Of a stretch of DNA of 53,330 nucleotides, positions 18,901 through 23,373 are shown one piece after another. The first letter of the stretch is position 1, and every line of letters starts with the position of its first letter. The notes beneath the pieces were generated by a model. It did no database searches. It was not told the DNA's origin and saw only the letters and a program-made list of their open reading frames with translations. Position numbers and translations under genes: made by a program. Source of the stretch: a virus (Duplodnaviria; Caudoviricetes); IMG/VR virus record IMGVR_UViG_3300037010_000252, positions 1 through 53,330 of that record; one strand, given 5' to 3'.

Positions 18901-21900
18901 GATGCCATTGTCTTGTTGTAGTCTGCCATTGCTGCGTGGCCTAGGCTCTGTTCCATTTCTTCGTCCTGCCCCGTCTCCGGCGCTGGAAACAGGTAGTCCT
19001 CCCGCGTCATTTCCCACGCTTCCGTCTGGCTGAACCCCTCGCGCACCAGGTTCTGCATTTCCTCTGCCGTTGCCTGTGCTGCTTCCATCAGGTTTTTCTG
19101 CAGCGTTCCCTCCTTCACCATGCGCGCCACCATTTCTGGAAGGTACTCCTTCCAGTGTTCTAGTGCCTGCCTCATCCAGTTTTCGTACTGCATTACCGTC
19201 ACCCTCTTGAGGTTTGTTTATAGATGATGTGGCTGCGGTGTCAACTGGCGGCTTCCATTTGGTGAAGCGGTATTTTGCATCGCTCTCGATGCTGTCTAGC
19301 GCCTCATGCTTTGACCATCCACCTTTCGGCCCGGCTCCACCATTGGTGATGGTTGCGCCTGATCCATCGTCGCGCGACTTCATCACCCATCCGTTGTCGG
19401 TTTTCTCTATCCATACGGTACGGCCATCGACGCCAGCATAGTCGAAATGCGCCTTGTATCCAGCATCGACCGCACCTATCAATTCGTCTAGCGTGTTTGG
19501 ATACTTGGTTTCCACAGCATCCTTTATATGCTCTCTCAGCACGGAAGCCGCGCGCGGGAACAATTCAGCAAACGCATTGAACGGCTCAACATTTCCTCTC
19601 TTGATTGCTTCGACAATGGCGTCTTCCGCATCGAATATGCTGGTACGCATCTTGCGAAGGTCGGACTCAAGTTGAGTTACTTCTGCCTTAAGCGCCGTTT
19701 TTTCAGCCAACAGCATGGGTTCATTGAGTTTATTTCTGACGCGGCGGATCGCGTCTTCCTTGCGCTGCATGGTATATTGCAGCGCATCTCCTATTTCACC
19801 CGGTATTGAAACGGTTCCGGCTTTCGCGGGAACTTTCTCTACTTTGACCGGCTCCTCCTCAGCAATACCTGCCGCCTTAGCTTTGGTGTCCTCCTTGGCC
19901 GAAAGGCCGTTGATGTCGAATCGCTCAACATCGTCCGCGCTGCTCATTTCCTTCTGAAACGCTGTGGCGCGCGGGTCGTACTTGACACCCATGTACCACG
20001 ATTTCAGGTACGGTTTCACGGCGTCACCAAGGTCTGCAATCATTGCCTTGGCGTAGGCAACAAAGGTGCGCGCACCCTTTTCAATGTGATAGCCCGCCAA
20101 AGTAATACCGGCCTGCATAACTTCCGGGTCGATGCCGCTGTTAAGCTGCCCGGACAGTTTCTTTTTAAGAAGCGCACGCGCTGCTGCTGCTGCATCCTCT
20201 GTAAATATAGTGTTCTTAGACACCTTTGGATGGTCGAGAAGATCGGACTGGTTGTGGTTGGCATCTGCCGCACGATCTGATCCAGTCAAGGTGAAGCTGT
20301 TGCGCTCCGCGTCGGCGCGCGCCTTGGCATCTGCTTCTGCCTCTGCCTTTGCTTTGTCCGATTCGGCCTTTCTATCTGCCTCGGACTTGGCTTTTAGTTC
20401 TTCTGGCGTCTGCCGATTTAGCGCGAAGTCTTCGGTTTGAGAGGATGTAGTAGGCTGATTGCCTACGCCTTCCTCAGAAGCTCCGCTTTCTTGCGACGTA
20501 TAACCGACAGCCGTCTCTTTAGTAGCGCCAGTTGTAGTACCTTCTTGCGCTCCCTTGGTGTCAGTTCCTTTAGCCGATTCACTATGTTGTCCGGTTGATT
20601 CATTGATTTCGTCCTCGCTAAATCCGAGCGCACGCATGATCTCGGCTTCACTCGTGCTCTCCTTGAAGTCAGGAATATCGTCCTCTTCGTCGAATGTCAT
20701 GCCTTCTAGGTTGGTTTCACTGGCGATTTCCTCGGCCAACGTTTCTGCATCGGATGGCAGTTCTGCCTCAATCTCCGCTTCCTGTTTGGCAAGTTTCTGT
20801 TCTCTTGCAACAAGCTCGTTGTAGTGCTCACGGTCGGCCGCAGACATAACCGAGTTTTTATTCAGCGCCTCCCGTACCAAGTCGCGCGCAGCCTGAACAC
20901 CGCCGTCAACGTCATTGTATTCAGCGTCGGTAATGTATCCTGCCTCGTGTAACTTTCTGGCAACCAGATCAAGGGCGTTTCCATCTTTTCGGAAAAGACC
21001 AGGGGCCATGCGGACGGCACCGATCCCCTTCTCTCCGGTGATGTCGCTGGCTTCCTGAATCTTGATGCCGCCAATCTTCTTTATGGTGTCGATGAACTTC
21101 TTGCGAGATGACTCAGCAAATTCGTCGCTGGTCGTGGCGACATCTTTCTTCGATTTTTCCTTGCTGCCGGATGCAGGAATAATGCCTTTCTCTCCAGCGT
21201 AAATCCTTTGTTTGCTAGACAGCGCCCCGGCATCCTTAATGGCTTTGCTGACCGTTGCGAAGTCTGAACTAGCGACAGGGATGTTTTCTCCGGTCTCGAA
21301 GTTTTGAGCCGGATACTCTCCAATGTAAACGACGCCATTTCGGACGGTGACTGGTTCTGTGCTTTTCGGCGTGGTTCCGACTCGCGCAATAACCTGGTTC
21401 GCACCAGCATCAGTAGTATTGCTTACCTGCCGCGTTTTCCCTTGGCTGGATGCATTGGCTTCTGGACTTTTGTCGCCTGCATTGGTTTCTGTGCTTTTGT
21501 TGGTTGCATGGGTTTCTTGGCTTTGTCCGCCTGGTTGAACTCCCGCGCCACCGACTGCGGGACTCCCGCTTCCTTGGCGAATTTCTTGTTGTGCGCTGCT
21601 GCCTGCATTAAGCGTGCTTGTGCCGGGGACTTGCTTGGCATTTTCTACTCCTTGTGGTTGGTTGAAATGATTGCTGGTTGGCTCGGTGGTTACATTCGAG
21701 TCGGCCACCCCAACCGTTCCAGAAGACTTATCCGCCGTGCCGCCTGGTACAGAGATTCCGGTAGCTCCACTTGCTCCCACGGGTCTGCCAGCATCGCTGT
21801 TTTGTGCAGCAACTCCGCCTCCTGGTAGCTGATTACCTGCGCGTTCAGGGCTTTGCGAAGCCAACTCGGAAACTGCTGTGCTTTGATTTCCTGCGCCATT

Positions 21901-23295
21901 GTTTGCTACCTGTTCTGTTTTTGGTTCGTTTGGAATAATTCCTGCAGCAATGGCCGGAGTGCCTTGTTGTTCAGGTGCGGGCGTGCCGGGGAGAGCAATT
22001 CCCAATACACTCTCAGGTGCAATCGCCCCAGAATCAATTCCGGTAGATGCCGCGCGGGCAATCGCCCCGTCACCAAGTTGGGCCTTGGCCGTCTCGACAA
22101 TATTAGGTGCCGCGTCGTTAGATGCCGCGTCATTGGCGGCCATCGTGCGCTTGATTTCAAGGTCGCGCCGCATTACCGCCTGGTTGGCCGCCTGTTGGGC
22201 ATAGAAAGCCTTTATTTCTTCTGGGGTATAAAGTTCTCCGGTATTTGGGTTAGTGTCGGTAGTAGTCGGGGGCGGCAGGACTTCACCTGCATCGGGAACG
22301 ACACGACCGCTGCGCAAGTTTGCACCTGCGCCCATGATTCCGCCTGTAATGCCGCCCTCCACTGCCTGCCGTAAAACGCCTTCTGACAGCGGCTTATTGT
22401 CTGCGTAATTCTGCCACGCCTGTTCCTGCGCCGACTGAGGGACTTCCTGCAATATGCCTTCGCTGGCCGCTCCTCCGGCTATGCGCTTCCACGCTGAAAG
22501 TCCATTTTTTCCACTTTCCAGTGCGGTATTATCCAGCCCCTTAGCCATTGCCGTTTCGGCAGTTTCCAGCCCAAGTTTGTTGGCGATATGCCCGCCCACA
22601 CCTGAAATTAGGGCGTCTATACCGCCAGAAGCAAGTGCTGCGATAGCATTCTTCTGCTGGTCATTGCCCTGGTACTGATCCATTTGCTGCCCGGACTGGA
22701 TTGCGCCTTCGCCAATACCTCCGGCAATTGCCGCCGATTTATCACCGGCTAGACGCTCAAGGTAGCCAGTTCCTGCTTTTCTTGCTGCGGCTCCTGCTGC
22801 GACTTCTGCGGCTGGCGTCAATACACGTCCAGCAGTCATAAGACCACGGCCAATAGCCCCACCAGCCAACATAGAGGGAGCAGACTCAGCCACCTGATTT
22901 ACCGAATACATCGGGTTTTTCAGGTACTCGGCGGCCACATCAAAGCCGTTCTTGTTTTGATCCTTCCATGCGGCGTCGATGTCCTGCTGTGACTTGACGT
23001 ATTCTGGAGAGTATTGCGATTCCAGCTCCTTGGCTTTCTGCCCAGGAGAAAATCCGATTGCCTTGCCAATTTTTTCGGCGGTATCTGATATGGGCCTGCC
23101 CAAGCCGGAAAGCGCAAACGGCAAGTCAGCTATTCCGGTAGCAATTCCAGGAATTTCCGCAATTCCGCGCATGATAGATAGGCCAAGATCAGAATGATTT
23201 GGCTTTCCTACCGGCTTTGCGTTGGAAGATTGGAATAACCCGAGTGGGTCGTTATTCTGCTGCAAAAGACCAAGTGGATCGTTACTGTCAGCCAT
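9982..23295 (-). CDS. giant polyvalent virion/ejection protein, DarB-like: N6-adenine MTase + SF2/SNF2-like helicase + zincin-like peptidase + PLxRFG domain
   Basis: 4437 aa; LEAGAGVGNF (~18424-18457), NPPF (~18244-18255), HVVGAGKT (~16321-16344), DEAH (15832-15843), QREGRIIRQGN, HEVLGH (~13156-13173), PLSRFG (~11896-11913); last large gene of the structural module. Confidence 0.9.
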   Translation of the reverse strand: MADSNDPLGLLQQNNDPLGLFQSSNAKPVGKPNHSDLGLSIMRGIAEIPGIATGIADLPFALSGLGRPISDTAEKIGKAIGFSPGQKAKELESQYSPEYVKSQQDIDAAWKDQNKNGFDVAAEYLKNPMYSVNQVAESAPSMLAGGAIGRGLMTAGRVLTPAAEVAAGAAARKAGTGYLERLAGDKSAAIAGGIGEGAIQSGQQMDQYQGNDQQKNAIAALASGGIDALISGVGGHIANKLGLETAETAMAKGLDNTALESGKNGLSAWKRIAGGAASEGILQEVPQSAQEQAWQNYADNKPLSEGVLRQAVEGGITGGIMGAGANLRSGRVVPDAGEVLPPPTTTDTNPNTGELYTPEEIKAFYAQQAANQAVMRRDLEIKRTMAANDAASNDAAPNIVETAKAQLGDGAIARAASTGIDSGAIAPESVLGIALPGTPAPEQQGTPAIAAGIIPNEPKTEQVANNGAGNQSTAVSELASQSPERAGNQLPGGGVAAQNSDAGRPVGASGATGISVPGGTADKSSGTVGVADSNVTTEPTSNHFNQPQGVENAKQVPGTSTLNAGSSAQQEIRQGSGSPAVGGAGVQPGGQSQETHATNKSTETNAGDKSPEANASSQGKTRQVSNTTDAGANQVIARVGTTPKSTEPVTVRNGVVYIGEYPAQNFETGENIPVASSDFATVSKAIKDAGALSSKQRIYAGEKGIIPASGSKEKSKKDVATTSDEFAESSRKKFIDTIKKIGGIKIQEASDITGEKGIGAVRMAPGLFRKDGNALDLVARKLHEAGYITDAEYNDVDGGVQAARDLVREALNKNSVMSAADREHYNELVAREQKLAKQEAEIEAELPSDAETLAEEIASETNLEGMTFDEEDDIPDFKESTSEAEIMRALGFSEDEINESTGQHSESAKGTDTKGAQEGTTTGATKETAVGYTSQESGASEEGVGNQPTTSSQTEDFALNRQTPEELKAKSEADRKAESDKAKAEAEADAKARADAERNSFTLTGSDRAADANHNQSDLLDHPKVSKNTIFTEDAAAAARALLKKKLSGQLNSGIDPEVMQAGITLAGYHIEKGARTFVAYAKAMIADLGDAVKPYLKSWYMGVKYDPRATAFQKEMSSADDVERFDINGLSAKEDTKAKAAGIAEEEPVKVEKVPAKAGTVSIPGEIGDALQYTMQRKEDAIRRVRNKLNEPMLLAEKTALKAEVTQLESDLRKMRTSIFDAEDAIVEAIKRGNVEPFNAFAELFPRAASVLREHIKDAVETKYPNTLDELIGAVDAGYKAHFDYAGVDGRTVWIEKTDNGWVMKSRDDGSGATITNGGAGPKGGWSKHEALDSIESDAKYRFTKWKPPVDTAATSSINKPQEGDGNAVRKLDEAGTRTLEGVPSRNGGAHGEGGNAAEKPDGSSTGNGRGNAEPGARGVQPDGSVGNDAGGLPVSSAGDGAGRRNGTEPRPRSNGRLQQDNGIGDNSGGSGAVNQEDEAPNAPRTDPPQFKPDDFIINDDLGLGEGGQKTKFKNNVAAIRLLKKLDEENRPATPDEQRVLAKYVGWGGIPQAFDESNKDWAKEYAELRSLMSEQEFADAARSTRYAHYTSREVIVDGIYAALRSMGFNGGRVLEAGAGVGNFIGLMPIDMRSGGRVTAIEREPFAVKIAKQLYPKQNVQQADFTEFQGSDNYYDVAVGNPPFASDKQVDKSGRKHLSGLSLHNYFFAKAVDMLREGGILAQVVTSNFLDSKGDAARRYISDRAKLLGAIRLPNNAFSKNANTEVTTDLIFLQKLPESEWGTKATREDAKRWMDVVVAIDDEGNRVPLNQYFADNEHMMLGKYGAYGTMYGPGMPALIARDGQDTLEILREAVANLPANVYTDRSITNTDNAVNAESAALGKLDVLDGGFYSDGDKLLIRVRGLDGETYSRQITPDTQWTEKTKLGESGFDRIKQLVAMRDTLRKLLAAEIRGDESMNALRDRLNEQYDSYTKKHGLLNDMSTSRVFGDDPDYPLLASLEYDYTRGMGNAAAKSLGIPAFKSRAKKAPIFNQRVVDARKIVEKADSPADAIAISMAERGKIDAEYIGKLLGMQADEVLEKLSTGDKPLLFIDPATNEYMLRDAYLSGNVRDKLKQAKAAGMMNNVQALEEVIPEDVGAHEIAARVGSPWVPESVYEDFAKELFGEGTTASITYIPANSSYSVSIQPGSEIKATNTWGTKEYSGDMLLSAILNNRTIKVSGKDFDGRTYTLVKETEDANTKAQEIRDRFQDWLFSDPERSEILVRAYNDTNNNYVTRKYDGSWMRFPGKVPDSIIKFRRHQRNAIARIVQDRTVLLDHVVGAGKTYTIIAAAMELKRTGLAKKPMIVVPNHLVKQWAADFYRLYPGANILTATKKDFSKLNRRRFLAKIATGDWDAVIIAHSSFGFIKPSPEFEARFNEEQIKNIVKTINSVKEGDGESKQKKRTVKQLQGLIERLENRIEKLRDKATDDLLDFGQIGVDQLFVDEAHLFKNLMFSTKMQNVQGLGDPAGSQRAYDMYIKANQIFEKNGRGQGLVFATGTPVSNSLAEMYHMMRYLMPDQMKEAGFDSFDSWANTFASVQQVFMQNMGGDGYKPSNRMNTFVNTTELLKMFDQVSDTVTMEDIKAAFREEHGGREFPLPKLKDGKRQPVALTRSQAQTEYMAEIAKRAKELAARGGRPEKGEDNALVIMTDARKAAMDIRLVRPEITERESGGRIDRAADEIFERYQQYDDNKGAQLVFSDLGTPLKQAKAEIKEYEELRAIIDAGNTEQVQSLAAVGNEDALAKVEASEAAQEKLNAKGRDWLDAINAALRGFSVYDDLRSALVERGIPEAEIAFIHDANTDDQKAALFRKVNSGQIRVLIGSTSKMGAGTNVQERLVALHHLDVPWKPSDVEQREGRIIRQGNKLSDTLNGFEVEILAYVTQDTLDLRMWQIQEAKLKMINQLRTRNVSREIENPFDDMEMSAGEMQAAATGNMDLLKEIQMRSEIKKLEQRKRSFEAQKNDIINRARKVNEQLASLPKQIEKSKRMDGAAKAYRNAVKKQRDNFKVVIDGTTYTDPDKAGEYLEGKINAKVKDENGNDRAAPISVVMNGKEYTSRALMSEAYANIKGDASPFMLEFNGKTYNRRSVAAKAIAQEVADAVAEDSIKNVGKMGELDVSVEGQKSRNGKMLDVVVGVGNDSLNMVIDVGDNATDAVKIANQVIKVADSLVTTAGNMLDYNMAQLERAKKTKEEIDKTKVPGEWPDTAKLEKARAEYSKLLSKLRGAEEKQDDNTSDSVDFLRATNGLTEAETVKRVVRVQNIVNWITAHWRNAPEIIVVSDMQDSKVPQRVRDEDAKMKARGAKGEPRGFITGGKVYIVASQHKSVYDVIRTVAHEVLGHAGLRGMFGDALDSILRQIVAMRRAEVDAKVKEYGFDPKNENDLLKAAEEVLVNMAETRPEIGFVKRAIAAIRQWLRSKGMNLKLTDNDIIANYILPARAFIENGGKESTNARPGEAYSRTKQGIVTLDNPSMRKPQGDTWAGHPTIDEYQSKLKAEAEQAKRIADAYRNGDLTGRYGIRTAQETQSEEDKANRASTKDSTSPMFSRTVEMQVAVSQRITDLLTTQKTFNGWWHKSIGTPYHKSQIDADYRKVFDSVQSYISGMATFANSAADMADKLIPQLKSISDLWKSKRPSQADIKAISAPIFAGTLVDEKVYSADELRNKFKLTENQIELYRQFRAAVDKSLDDLGKTDILSYVGKDAEHLRDDILNAETASRSAIMVAAHLNSIGKSDDAKAVLDKGMRVADLKAKGYAPLSRFGKYTLYVTKGDKELYFSLFESEAEANARMRELKADPEFAGATFTQGVLSSESYKLFNGISPDTLELFADAIGAKNKALVQQYIKLAKSNRSAMKRLLRRKGMAGFSEDIPRILASFITSNARHAAANAYGGQMDKAAEAIPKEKGDVKDDAIKLIDFVRNPTDDSTKLRGLLFVQYIGGSVASAMVNLTQPIVMSYPYLHQFSKNAGYEMAKAMKLAVAGDTLDADLKQALKRAEVDGVVSPQEIHQLHAEALKRGSGIGALARMLGVKGDLANNLDDLSKRGLFAWGSLFSLAEQFNRRSTFIAAYNIARQNKMADPFAFAEEAVNETQGIYNRGNRSNWSRGAAGALVFTFKQYSIGYMEFLSRLPKKEKAIALAILVLAAGLQGLPFADDLDDLIDTLAQHMGYAWNTKAEKEKFVASILGQTGADFVLHGTSALPGFPIDFSARLGMSNLLPGTGIMLKNKTDKAGEVLDVLGPVGGVIKDALNGEFMPLAVRNALKAADMASTGMYRDSSGKKVVNTDTLDAASKLIGFQPASVARESRTAQMDMQDIQLVRNVESEISGAIAQGIFTGDKEAVTKARQELADWNANNPDKKISITSKQVMERVKKMAETRQQRIVKSAPKELRGELLSLHNQ
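12696..12827 (-). CDS. candidate nested 43-aa gene in the +1 frame of the giant gene (MRDLVRLIRALSKELLRLTILR...)
   Basis: AAGGAG 7 nt before the ATG; same +1 frame as the other nested ORFs; lies in an interdomain linker; no recognisable homology. Confidence 0.35.
   Translation of the reverse strand: MRDLVRLIRALSKELLRLTILRCVNRKATLGQAIQPLMNTSQN
18870..19193 (-). CDS. nested +1-frame gene, TnpV/DUF1896-like helical protein (107 aa)
   Basis: GAGGG 8 nt before ATG 19193; HWKEYLPEMVARMVKEGTLQKNL...AWEMTREDYLFP resembles the TnpV/DUF1896 pattern; host frame is G/N/R low-complexity across it. Confidence 0.75.
   Translation of the reverse strand: MQYENWMRQALEHWKEYLPEMVARMVKEGTLQKNLMEAAQATAEEMQNLVREGFSQTEAWEMTREDYLFPAPETGQDEEMEQSLGHAAMADYNKTMASVTIPGDPEQ
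20463..20603 (-). CDS. nested +1-frame 46-aa basic helical protein (MNQPDNIVNRLKELTPRERKKVLQLALLKRRL...)
   Basis: GAGGA 8 nt before the ATG; amphipathic LTPxER helix; host frame low-complexity over the same span. Confidence 0.55.
   Translation of the reverse strand: MNQPDNIVNRLKELTPRERKKVLQLALLKRRLSVIRRKKAELLRKA
21423..21641 (-). CDS. nested +1-frame 72-aa conserved small phage protein (MPSKSPAQARLMQAAAHNKKFAKEAGVPQSVAREFNQADK)
   Basis: AAGGAG 6 nt before the ATG; I recognise this MPS.S..Q...M.A.AH...FAK..G.PQSV..EF..AD pattern from stand-alone phage genes. Confidence 0.8.
   Translation of the reverse strand: MPSKSPAQARLMQAAAHNKKFAKEAGVPQSVAREFNQADKAKKPMQPTKAQKPMQATKVQKPMHPAKGKRGR
21435..21515 (-). 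repeat. three 27-bp repeats inside the nested 72-aa gene
   Basis: +1 frame KPMQPTKAQ/KPMQATKVQ/KPMHPAKGK; host frame ETHATNKST/ETNAGDKSP/EANASSQGK. Confidence 0.75.
21690..21899 (-). CDS. nested +1-frame 69-aa protein (MAQEIKAQQFPSWLRKALNAQVISYQEAELL...)
   Basis: AGGT 8 nt before the ATG; globular-looking composition; host frame G/A/S low-complexity. Confidence 0.6.
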   Translation of the reverse strand: MAQEIKAQQFPSWLRKALNAQVISYQEAELLHKTAMLADPWEQVELPESLYQAARRISLLERLGWPTRM

Positions 23296-23328
23296 TGCCT
23301 TGAATCCTACTAATTGTGGGTTTTCATG

Positions 23329-23372
23329 ATTCTATCGGTGCTGATACTTGGTGTTCTACTACCCCAGACGCA
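23329..23372 (-). promoter_or_regulatory. putative late promoter (TGCGTCTGGGGT-N26-TAGAAT) upstream of the giant gene
   Basis: shared motif and spacing with three other late intergenic regions. Confidence 0.5.
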
Positions 23373-23373
23373 T

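Noticed and set aside
20040-23117. Other same-strand alternative-frame ORFs inside the giant gene (22920-23117, 21906-22160, 21081-21410, 20862-21074, 20040-20273; also 14712-14966, 13749-13946, 16722-16922)
   Set aside because: No convincing SD+ATG where I checked, Arg/Pro/Ser-rich shadow composition, and several overlap folded domains. They show that +1 ORFs also arise by chance, so only SD-bearing, protein-like ones were kept.
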